Positions 8,754 to 17,143 of a stretch of 17,143 nucleotides of DNA are shown here, in pieces (the first letter of the stretch is position 1; every line of letters begins with the position of its first letter). The notes under the pieces are model-generated. The model saw nothing but the letters and a program-made list of their open reading frames with translations, was not told where the DNA came from and made no database searches. This stretch comes from Octopus sinensis (taxonomy: Eukaryota), in assembly GCF_006345805.1 (NCBI RefSeq), contig NW_021825503.1, positions 1 to 17,143 of the forward strand, given 5' to 3'. A program made the translations under genes and the position numbers.

Positions 8754-9306
8754 TTGGGTTGTCGGAAAGTTTGTGCCGACTTTTGAAGGAAAGAAAAAGG
8801 TCAATAAATACTTACCATTACATTTTTAATCAACCAAATATGAACCATTTTGTTGCACAATGTATCTCCATCTTTCCTTTAACTTGAAAATACCCTTTTC
8901 CCAGAATTGTGGTGGTTTCATGGCAAGGAATCTTTTTACGTCATCCAAGGAATTTAAATTTTTACCATTAAGACTATTCTGCAGAGACCAGAATAAGTGG
9001 AAATCCAAAGGAGCAATATCTGGTTAATATGGAGGGTAGAGTAACACATCCCAGTCGAGCTGCAGGAATTTTTGTCTGGTTCCCAAAGCATCAAGTGCTG
9101 AAAATGAACTTTCTTATCTTCCATTTTTAAGGGTTACAGAATTAATATAGGTTGTAGGAACAGAAACCTTCTTCCACGAAAAGATAGCTTAAACTGTGTT
9201 CTTAATGGAGGTGTAGTCAAATCCTATTTTATTGACTCAAGAATGTTCTAAAATAAGTCGAAAGGTAAGCTACTATAAATCGGTACGAACTTTCCGGACA
9301 ACCCAA
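8754..9306 (-). mobile_element. Internally deleted mariner (Tc1/mariner) DNA transposon, 553 bp
   Basis: Left TIR TTGGGTTGTC-GGAAAGTTTGTGCCGACTTT. Right TIR (reverse complement) TTGGGTTGTCCGGAAAGTTCGTACCGATTT. TA dinucleotides at 8752-8753 and 9307-9308. Transposase remnants inside. Confidence 0.92.
8826..9124 (-). pseudogene. Mariner transposase remnant (N-terminus fused out of frame to C-terminus)
   Basis: ATG at 9124 gives MEDKKVHFQHLMLWE. Another frame gives LGTRQKFLQLDWDVLLYPPY*PDIAPLDFHLFWSLQNSLNGKNLNSLDDVK...GIFKLKERWRYIVQQNGSYLVD*, a degenerate mariner YSPDLAPSD motif with a stop. The DNA-binding and most of the catalytic domain are deleted. Confidence 0.9.
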
Positions 9307-9613
9307 TAATATTTGTGCTTGCACTGTATCTGAGTAAAAATCTTCTTTCACTGGACACTTGTAAACTTCCTGACCTTGAAACTTTGTCACCTGATAGCAA
9401 ATGCTTTTTATTTTTATTTTTTTTTTTTTTAAATATCGATTATTTTCCTCAAGCTTAAAAAGAATGTCAAATGCAACAGTGTAGCTTTGTAGGTTACACT
9501 AGCTCTAGATTTCAAACTGATACCACTCACGTTATTGTTTATAATGTTGTCGTTATATAAAGGCGTCACCAGAAAAATTACGTAGCCAAATTATTTCACA
9601 GTAATTCTAATTG

Positions 9614-9616
<3 letters not shown>

Positions 9617-9650
<34 letters not shown>

Positions 9651-9710
9651 CACACTAAGATGTTATATATATATATATATAATATGGTGTGTGTGTGTGT
9701 GTGTGTGTGG
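9617..9710. repeat. (CA)n - (TA)n - (TG)n microsatellite cluster
   Basis: Directly visible. The CA and TG arms are complementary. Confidence 0.9.
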
Positions 9711-10023
9711 TGGTTTAATAAGTATGTGATTGGAGTATTATCTGGTAATTGATATTTGATTTTGATGTATTTCTTCCATTTTCTATCTTGTATTAGTAAT
9801 TTGGTAAATCATTTTACCTTTGCCCATATAATACAGTAAATGAATTGATTGCATCGCAATCATTAACATTTATGTATTAACTTTGTTGGGTACTTCACTA
9901 GCAGTATATTGGATATATGTTATCCCATGGAGGGTTGGATTTACAACCCCTATCTCAATTTGTATATATATATATATATGTAAAAGAGTATATAAATATA
10001 TATAGAGGGAGAGATAGCTAGCT

Positions 10024-10035
10024 AGATAGATAGAT

Positions 10036-10094
<59 letters not shown>
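10024..10094. repeat. (GATA)n microsatellite
   Basis: Directly visible. Confidence 0.95.
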
Positions 10095-10145
10095 GTATAT
10101 TCCTTTTAGTTTGCTCGTGTAGACAAATCGTACTAATTTAACTAT

Positions 10146-10472
10146 ATGGTTCTGGGTTCAGTCCCACTGCGTGGCACCTTGGGCAAGTGTCTTCTACTAT
10201 AGCCTCGGGCCGACTAAAGCCTTGTGAGTGGATTTGGTAGACGGAAACTGAAAAGAAGCCCGTCGTAAAAATGTCTGTATATAAGTATGTGTTTTTGTGT
10301 TTGTACTCCCAACATCGCTTGGCAACCGATGCTGGTGTGTTTACGTCCCCGTTACTCAGTGGTTCGGCAAAAGTACTAGGCTTACAAAGAATAAGTCCTG
10401 GGGCCGATTTGCTCGGCTAAAGGCGGTACTCCAGCATGGCTGCAGTCTAATGATTGAATCAAGTAAAAGAGT
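10146..10472 (+). mobile_element. SINE family B copy (small internal deletion)
   Basis: atggttctgggttcagtcccactgcgtggcaccttgggcaagtgtcttctactatagcctcgggccgac...ccagcatggctgcagtc...aagtaaaagagta. Confidence 0.88.
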
Positions 10473-10545
10473 AGATGTCAAAGCATCAATCCCTAAATAC
10501 ATCCATACTCACTCAAACGTAGCAATGTACGTTTTTATGTTATAA

Positions 10546-10945
10546 TTATTTCTAGTCTGGGCACAAGTTCTTGAAAATTTTAGGGGAAGAGGGCTAGTCG
10601 ATACATCGATCCCAGTGCGTAGATGGTACTTATTTCATTGACCCCGAAAGGATGAAAGGCAAGGTTGACCTCGGCGAAATTTGAACTCAGAACGTAGCGG
10701 CAAACAAAATGCCTATTTCTTTACTACCCACAAGGGGATAAACACAGAGGGGACAAACAAGGACGGACAAACGGATTAAGTCGATTATATCGACTCCGGT
10801 GCGTAACTGGTACTTATTTAATCGACCCCGAAAGCATGAAAGGCAAAGTCGACCCTGGCGGAATTTGAACTCAGAACGTAAGGGCAGACGAAATACCGCT
10901 AAGCATTTCGCCCGGCGTGCTAACGATTCTGCCAGTTCACCGCCC
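10546..10945 (-). mobile_element. SINE family A, dimeric composite copy
   Basis: Head (reverse complement of ctgccagttcaccgccct) at ~10945. Two cores, tail X at ~10714 and tail Y at ~10546. Confidence 0.88.
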
Positions 10946-11023
10946 TCATTTTTGAGTTATAATGAAAACAATTTTCCGTTAATTATTTTACATTAAACTG
11001 AATGATTACTCTACATGAATATG

Positions 11024-11025
<2 letters not shown>

Positions 11026-11064
<39 letters not shown>
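11026..11064. repeat. (TACA)n microsatellite
   Basis: Directly visible. Confidence 0.9.
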
Positions 11065-11070
<6 letters not shown>

Positions 11071-11285
11071 CACATATCTATATGTATATATGTATGTATG
11101 TATTTGTGTGCGTGTGTGTTGTGTGAAGAGAGGGAGGGAGGGAGATGGAGAAAACAAGAAACAATGGTCTACATATCAGTGGACTATAAATTCATAATGT
11201 CAAGAAGTTTTAGAAATATTAACAAAATAAAGGAAAGAAAATAATTTCTGTCGAAATAATAAAGAAAAAGCTGGAGAGGCACTGG

Positions 11286-11345
11286 CCTGGCTGTGTAGCA
11301 GGAACCTTGCTTCCCATCCACAAGTTCTTATGTTCAGTACCACGT
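11286..11345 (+). mobile_element. Degenerate SINE family B head fragment
   Basis: tggctgtgtagcaggaaccttgcttcccatccacaagttcttatgttcagtaccac resembles tggctgtgtggtaagaagcttgcttcccaaccacatggttccgggttcagtcccac. Confidence 0.5.
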
Positions 11346-11349
11346 TCAT

Positions 11350-11910
11350 GTCTCTTTTATTTCGCAAGTATTATTAATCTTCCACTGAGGAGGGAACCGT
11401 ATTCCAACGAAGAAACAAGGCTTCATCTTTGGGATGTAGTTAACATAGACAAATTCACATTTAGAAATTGAGAAAATTCTTGCATATTTTCATTGTTCCA
11501 CTTACAGATTGCACTTGTAATATACGAATTAGCCGGTCGATTTCGATTTCTCTTTCTGAAAATCCTAGTTTGTCGAGATTCTCCTTTAAGCATTTACTAA
11601 AAAACCTAGCGCTCCAATTATTATTGGTATAGGTATGAATTCATAGCCTGGATATAGAAGCTGGAGGTTTCGAAGCTGTTGTCCATAGATATCCTCCTAT
11701 TCTTTGATTTTCAAAGAGATATTTGTATCTGCAGGGCAGCTAATCTCTATGATGGTACATACCTTTGCCCCTCTGTCCCAAACAACAATATCCAGCCTGT
11801 TATGCTTATATTTGAAAGAAATTCTGATGGGAATATTCCAAAATATTCCTAGAGTTGGTGTTTATGAATATATTCCATAACAGAGTGATTTTTCTATGTT
11901 TATTTCATGT
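11350..11910 (-). mobile_element. 5'-truncated RLE-type non-LTR retrotransposon remnant (R2/R4/NeSL-like group): endonuclease domain plus putative 3'UTR
   Basis: Hand translation of the minus strand shows a PD-(D/E)xK-type endonuclease C-terminus ending in TAA at 11463-11461, followed by ~110 bp of putative 3'UTR. Outer boundaries are approximate. Confidence 0.8.
11461..11880 (-). pseudogene. Restriction-like endonuclease (RLE) domain pseudogene of a non-LTR retrotransposon
   Basis: MEYIHKHQL*EY /fs/ WNIPIRISFKYKHNRLDIVVWDRGAKVCTIIEISCPADTNISLKIKE*EDIYGQQLRNLQLLYPGYEFIPIPIIIGALGF /fs/ KCLKENLDKLGFSEREIEIDRLIRILQVQSVSGTMKICKNFLNF*. This matches the HNRPD(I/L)...IE.S.P.D.N...K..KY..L...IGALG signature. 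Two stops and two frameshifts. Confidence 0.82.
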
Positions 11911-11944
11911 ATGTATGTACGTAGTACGTAAAATAATATAATAA

Positions 11945-12183
11945 TAAATGCGCCTAGCTAGGCTCATAGGCCCGGTTTCCCGGTTTCTATGGCGTATGCG
12001 TTCCCCAGCTGGACGGGACGCCAGTCCATTGCAGCGTTACTCATTTTTGCCAGCTGAGTGGACTGGAGCAACGTGAAATGAAGTGTTTTGCTCAAGAACA
12101 CAACGCGTCGCTCGGTCCAGGAATCGAAACAACAATCTTATGATCAGGGTGCTGACACCCTAACCACAAGGCCACGCGCCTCC
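11945..12183 (-). mobile_element. tRNA-derived SINE family D (head and tail shared with family C)
   Basis: Minus strand: ggaggcgcgTGGCCTTGTGGttaggg (A box), gtttcgattcct (B-box-like), cttgagcaaaacacttcatttcacgttgctccagtccactcagctg, atggactggcgtcccgtccagctgggg, catacgccatagaaaccgggaaaccgggcctatgagcc, then an AT-rich tail. Confidence 0.85.
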
Positions 12184-12368
12184 ACGTACGCGCGTGGCCT
12201 AGTGGTTGTATGTATGTATGTGCTCAGATACGCACGCGCCCAGACATACGTACCTTACTTAGAATGTTGAGTCAAAAATATTCCCTCACAAACTGTTTGA
12301 ATCAAAAGTTTAGTAGCCAACCCGTGCATCGTGCTGTTTGTAATGTTATGTTGGGCCAACGTGCCTAC

Positions 12369-12650
12369 CAGTAGTTCTCAAAAGGGGGTTCATATGACCC
12401 TTGGGTGCTGGGGGGATCCATCTAAGACTATATTCTTAATGTTTATGTACATTAAATCGGTTGTACTTCTACACGACACCGAATTTGTTAACAATTTTTT
12501 AAAATTCAATTTCTAATAATACTTAAATATAAAAATGTATAATGATCATTTAATCATCAAATGGCTATGGAGGGGGGGGAGTTCAGTATAAGGAAACGGG
12601 ATTCAAAGTGGGGGTCCATAGGCCCCAAAAAAAGTGGTTGAGGAACACTA
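12369..12650. mobile_element. Non-autonomous hAT-type (Charlie-like) MITE, ~282 bp
   Basis: Imperfect TIRs cagtagttctcaa / ttgaggaacacta resemble CAGTGGTTCTCAA-type ends. Subterminal gggg(g/a/t)tcca-like motifs near both ends. Flanking 8-mers gtgcctac / gtgcacgc match at 5/8 (decayed TSD). Confidence 0.6.
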
Positions 12651-13206
12651 GTGCACGCGAACAGTTGTTAACTTACGTCTGTGTTTGTAGAAAACACAGT
12701 GTGCGTGTGTGTATAAGTGTGTGCATATTCGTATGTGTGTGCGCGCGCAAGCGCGTAAATGTTTTAGCCCAAGACGGCAAAAGAAAGGCTTTATAACTTA
12801 AATGGTTAAATAATCCAATGGAGACACACTGACAAGTACGGACAACAACCTCAGACATGTTTCGATATTATGAAGACTTTTCAGTAAAACATACTCTAAC
12901 AATTTTTACTCCGTAAAACATAATCAAAACATTTTTTAAAATAATTTTAAGGTTAATTCCGTCGTAATGTTAATGACGTTACATTTCATTGCAGGTTAAA
13001 TTTTAATTGCTCAAAGCAAAATATTTTTACCTAGCTAAAGTAAATACATTAGTTGCACTTAGCTGTATGTTCTTAACGCAGAGAGTACGAGTGAAGAATC
13101 TTCCTGTATGGCAGAGAAAGACAAATATTTGAAGTGAGCGAAGTGGAGTTTGAGTAGTTGTCAGTGAACAAACTTTATAGACATAAACGAATTACTTACC
13201 TAAGCA

Positions 13207-13228
13207 TACACACAAATATGTACATACA

Positions 13229-13260
<32 letters not shown>

Positions 13261-13270
13261 CATACATACA

Positions 13271-13301
<31 letters not shown>

Positions 13302-13506
13302 GTACATACATACATGCAGACATAATACGTACATGCATACATATATATATATATATACATACATGCATATATGCATACTTTATGTATATATGTATATATA
13401 TATATAAATATATATATATATACATATATACATATATAGATACACACATACACATATAAATATATGCACATGTATATATTCATATATACATACAAATATA
13501 TATGTT

Positions 13507-13540
<34 letters not shown>

Positions 13541-13729
13541 TCTATATATATATATAGAGAGAGAGTGGGGGTTGATAGATAGATAAATAGGTAGATACAT
13601 AGATAGGGAAGAAGAAAGATACATACATGCAAATATTTATGTGTATATACACATACACACAAATACACACATACACACACAATCTATATATATATATATG
13701 TCAGTTTTACTTTTATATATATATATATG

Positions 13730-13767
<38 letters not shown>

Positions 13768-14045
13768 ATAATACATAGTTAGACAGACAGAAAGACGCAA
13801 ACGCACACACACAAACATACACACACACAAATAGATCATATATATGTATATATATATATATATATTATATATATATAAAATATATATAATATATATATAT
13901 ATATATAATATATATAAATCATACCTAGCTATATTGACACACATACACAAATATATACAAACACATACCAAAACACACGTACACATACATTTATATATAT
14001 ATATATATATATCTTAAAAGTACATAACTAGACAGAAAGACGAAA

Positions 14046-14097
<52 letters not shown>

Positions 14098-14110
14098 ATA
14101 TATATATCAT
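13207..14110. repeat. Large compound microsatellite field: (TACA)n, (TA)n, (TATG)n, (TG)n, (CA)n
   Basis: Directly visible. Confidence 0.9.
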
Positions 14111-14718
14111 ATAAAAATACACAGGTATATAGACAAAACTGATGTACACGTATACTCACAAACTGTATATAATGCAAAATTTCTCGCTAACCCTCAAGAT
14201 CACAACTGACGTCTTCAAATGTGAACAAAATTATGAACCCGAGATAGGATAGTTTGACCTTACATCATCACATATTAATCTCCAAGATCGTATGTTCCTT
14301 TTATTCTAGATCAGACCGTCCGGTCAGCTGTGATCTTCGACCAACAGGAACTTTATCTCTGTTTTTAGCCTGTCAAGCTACGTAGCTTTACTCTTTCAAT
14401 GGCGCACGCCTGACCTCACAAGTGTGTTTCTAGGATGACCCCAGCATAACCTTGTTGATATCGGAAATGTTATATATGTGTACGTGTGTATGTGTGTACA
14501 TATATATATAGATATGTGTATGTGTGTGTGTGCAATTGTGTATGTGTGTAATTGGTGTGTGTGTGTGTATTTGTGCGTGATCTTTATAAGAACGTAGCTT
14601 GGTGCAAATTTATTTTTGGTGTCCTTTGTAGCGTTAAAAGGCGAAAGAATTCATCTTTGTCAAATCGAAGCAGCTTCGTTTGTTTCTGTATTTTCAACTT
14701 CAACTCATATCTCCTGCT

Positions 14719-14797
14719 CTCTCTTTTGCTCTCTCTCTCATATGTATATATGTATATATGTGTATATATATATATATATAGAAGAGAGAGAGAGATG

Positions 14798-14870
<73 letters not shown>

Positions 14871-14898
14871 GTCTGTCTACTTGTTTATGTATCTTTTA

Positions 14899-14933
<35 letters not shown>

Positions 14934-14962
14934 TCACCCTCTCTCTCTATATATATATATAC
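14719..14962. repeat. Compound microsatellite: (CT)n, (TA)n, (GA)n, (GATA)n at 14799-14870, (CT)n
   Basis: Directly visible. Confidence 0.92.
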
Positions 14963-15252
14963 AAATCTATTTATCAATGCACTGACACACATGCACGTAT
15001 ATAAACGTGCGCGCACAGTCCGGTGTATGAACACACAGACAAATGTGTGTGTGTTTTGGTTTTCGCTCAGTTTATTTTACCATAGATCTCTCTGTGTCTC
15101 TGGTTGCTTGCCAACTCCATCAACAACTATTTCTACACCTTTATATTTAGACAGATATTTCTATATTTACTGATCAATAACAAAAAAAAAACGCATACCT
15201 TTATGTGTGTATGCATGCATAAATCTATACATGTGTGTGTATAAATACATAC

Positions 15253-15254
<2 letters not shown>

Positions 15255-15283
<29 letters not shown>

Positions 15284-15296
15284 TGTATGTATGTAT
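15255..15296. repeat. (TATG)n microsatellite
   Basis: Directly visible. Confidence 0.9.
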
Positions 15297-15580
15297 ATTT
15301 ATGTATTTCTATTATTAGCATGGTATTCTTTGAGTGAGGTGTGGCCGTTTCTGTTCGTTTCTGTATCTTCTCAAAGGTAAAAATACCGTGTACGATGAAA
15401 TAACAGCTGAAGCGAGATTTAGCACGAATAAAAAAAAAAAAATAAATAAATGAATAAACAACATCATATCAGTAACGGGTGGAGGAGGTCGCTAATTAGA
15501 TGCAACGATGCCACATGACAACCTGACGAAGAGAAATAATAATAACAATAATTCTTTCATATATATATATATATATATAT

Positions 15581-15772
15581 ATAGGGAGAGTTCACGAAAA
15601 AAACAAAGGACGAAGACAGGTGGTGTATAAAACAAACAGATGTAATTAGTATAACGCTCAGGAATAGAAACAGTCTTTTACGTTTCGAGCCTACGCTCTT
15701 CTGCAGAAAGGGACACAGAAAAAAACAAGGAAAGAAAAAAATGTGCGTAGTGGCTACCGATCTGTCATGGCG
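15581..15772 (-). mobile_element. Hammerhead-motif-containing dispersed element, copy 2 (may extend to ~15860)
   Basis: Colinear homology with 5004-5192: aacaaa.ga.gaaga.ag, tgtataaa.ca, attagt.t.acgctc.ggaa, agtcttttacgtttcgagcctacgctcttc, gaaagg.ac. Abuts a (TA)n tract. Confidence 0.65.
15675..15710 (-). ncRNA. Minimal type I hammerhead-ribozyme-like motif (variant core)
   Basis: Minus strand reads CUUU-CUGCAGA-A-GAGC(GUAG)GCUC-GAA-ACGU-A-AAAG. One mismatch to CUGANGA (A6 to C). Palindromic ACGU helix III. Confidence 0.55.
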
Positions 15773-15869
15773 ACTGCCGGTCAGAAGGGTCACACAGGAG
15801 AGCGAAGAAATAGGAGAGATAACACAAAGTAAAGATGATCCCCAAAACGAAGGTGCGTGTGTGTATAGT

Positions 15870-16081
15870 ACACAAAATGTCGAAATATCGTTCTTTAGAT
15901 AACAATGGCACTCTCCTTTTAATTTTGACTCTATATCTTCAGGAGGAGTAACCTCAATCCCTTATATATTAACCAAAATGAAGTAGATTGACAAATTTAT
16001 TTTTTGAATCAGTTGAAGACACACAAGATGTCGAAATATCGTTCACTAGATAACAATGGCACTCTTCTTTTAATTTTGACT
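15870..16081 (+). repeat. 61-bp direct repeat pair (15870-15930 and 16021-16081; offset 151)
   Basis: acacaa.atgtcgaaatatcgttc..tagataacaatggcactct.cttttaattttgact is present twice. Confidence 0.9.
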
Positions 16082-16097
16082 TTAATAATAATAATAA

Positions 16098-16171
16098 TCG
16101 TTTCTACCCGAGGTACAAGGCTCGAAATTTTTAGGGAGGGGGCCTGTCGATTAGATTGACCCCACTACGCA
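16098..16171 (-). mobile_element. SINE family A 3' fragment (tail Y) with (TAA)n beside it
   Basis: tttctacccgaggtacaaggctcgaaatttttaggg...gtcgattagattgaccccactacgca matches 7681-7753. Confidence 0.7.
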
Positions 16172-16261
16172 AAAGCAGAAACAATACAAATATAAATTTT
16201 AGTGCGTATGTGTCTCGCTTGTAATTTTTTTAGTGTGTTTATTGAGTACGTGTGACTGTAT

Positions 16262-16415
16262 AGTGCGTGTATGTGTGTATATGTGCGTGTACGTGTGTAT
16301 ATATGCGTGTGTATGTGTGTGTGCATGTGTGTATGTACATGTGCACGTGTGCGTGCGTATGTGCGTATGTGTGTGTATGTGTGTGTATGCGCATGTGTGT
16401 GTGTTGTGTGCACGT
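16262..16415. repeat. Degenerate (TG/CG/TA)n alternating purine-pyrimidine tract
   Basis: Directly visible. Confidence 0.85.
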
Positions 16416-16481
16416 GCTTGGTTACCTTTAATGTGTGGAGTTACTATTTCCGTAAAGCGGTAGAAATATTACTATTATTAT

Positions 16482-16695
16482 TAAGGCGGCGAGCTGGAAG
16501 AAACGTTACCACGCCGGGTGAAATACTTAGCGGTATTTCGTCTGCGTTACATTCTGAGTTCAAATTCCGCCGAGGTCGACTTTGCCTTTCATCCTTTCGA
16601 GGTCGCGATATAATCGACTTAATCCCTTTGTCTGTCATTGTTTGTCCCCTCCATGTTTAGCCCCTTGTGGGAAAAAAAAAAAAGAAATAAGAAAC
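16482..16695 (+). mobile_element. SINE family A copy with internal deletion, ending in tail X
   Basis: taaggcggcgagctgg head; ttctgagttcaaattccgccgaggtcgactttgcctttcatcctttcgaggtcg; joined to gatataatcgacttaatcc...gccccttgtggg. The ccagt hairpin segment is missing. Confidence 0.88.
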
Positions 16696-16928
16696 ATTAT
16701 TATTTAATATGAAGGTGCTAAGTTACTAACTTCAGAGCAAAGGTTTTCAATCGAGGTCGACATAAGATTTTTTTGTCAAAATTTATGTGCAATAAATTGA
16801 TTATTCTTCTACGAAACACAAAATATTCCAACAATATTTTTTATACAATTCCTTATAATATTTAGGGTTTCGTTTGCAAGATTCATTGTGTGAATTCGTG
16901 TGTTGAAGCATATTTTATTGTGTCTGGG

Positions 16929-17078
16929 GAGAGTCATTCTCTTTTAGTGCCTTATTAATACAACACACTCACCGGTCTGATTTCTACTCATTTACTTATT
17001 TATTTAATTAAGCAAATGAGTGGAAATCAGACCGGTGGGTGTGTTAAATTAATAAGGCACTAAAAGAGAATGACTCTC
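16929..17078. repeat. Long inverted repeat / palindrome: 70-bp arms, 10-bp AT spacer
   Basis: 16929-16998 versus the reverse complement of 17009-17078 gives 65/70 identical by hand alignment. Confidence 0.92.
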
Positions 17079-17107
17079 AACTGTCCTTATAATATGTAAT
17101 TACGAAC

Positions 17108-17143
17108 AGGCAGTAAGCTGGCAGAATCGTAATCGCACCGGAC
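17108..17143 (+). mobile_element. SINE family A head (continues beyond window)
   Basis: aggcagtaagctggcagaatcgtaatcgcaccggac resembles aggcggcgagctggcagaa.cgttagcacgccgggc. Confidence 0.55.

Noticed and set aside
8826-9008. 60-aa ORF as a functional gene
   Set aside because: It is the C-terminal fragment of a deleted mariner transposase, with an upstream in-frame stop and a non-ATG start.
9617-9710. (CA)n/(TG)n arms as a functional hairpin or MITE
   Set aside because: Complementarity comes only from simple repeats, which are ubiquitous here. No TIR or TSD.
14295-14460. Coding exon after the acceptor-like ttccttttattctag
   Set aside because: All three plus frames hit stops within ~75 nt and no convincing donor precedes them.

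Overview
This is a repeat-dominated, AT-rich, non-coding animal genomic window, intronic or intergenic. The SINE families and dense microsatellites look like Octopus (coleoid cephalopod) DNA, which is my recognition and not a search result. No intact protein-coding gene is supported, and nearly all supplied ORFs are microsatellite or SINE artefacts. The window contains: (i) many copies of two abundant tRNA-derived SINE-like families, here called A (multimeric, modular) and B (internal TA/TG microsatellite); (ii) two related tRNA-head SINEs (C, D) that share head and tail but differ in the middle; (iii) a 553-bp internally deleted mariner with both TIRs and TA TSDs (8754-9306); (iv) a decayed 3' end of a restriction-like-endonuclease (RLE) non-LTR retrotransposon, missed by the ORF track (11350-11910, minus); (v) a hAT-type MITE; (vi) a 70-bp-arm palindrome and several local duplications. 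The most interesting signal is two dispersed copies of a ~190-200 bp non-coding element. Their best-conserved part folds as a minimal type I hammerhead-ribozyme-like motif with a palindromic ACGU helix III (5095-5130 and 15675-15710, minus), the architecture of Penelope-like-element/retrozyme dimeric hammerheads, but with non-canonical core bases. A third, more degenerate hammerhead-like motif lies at 12849-12889.
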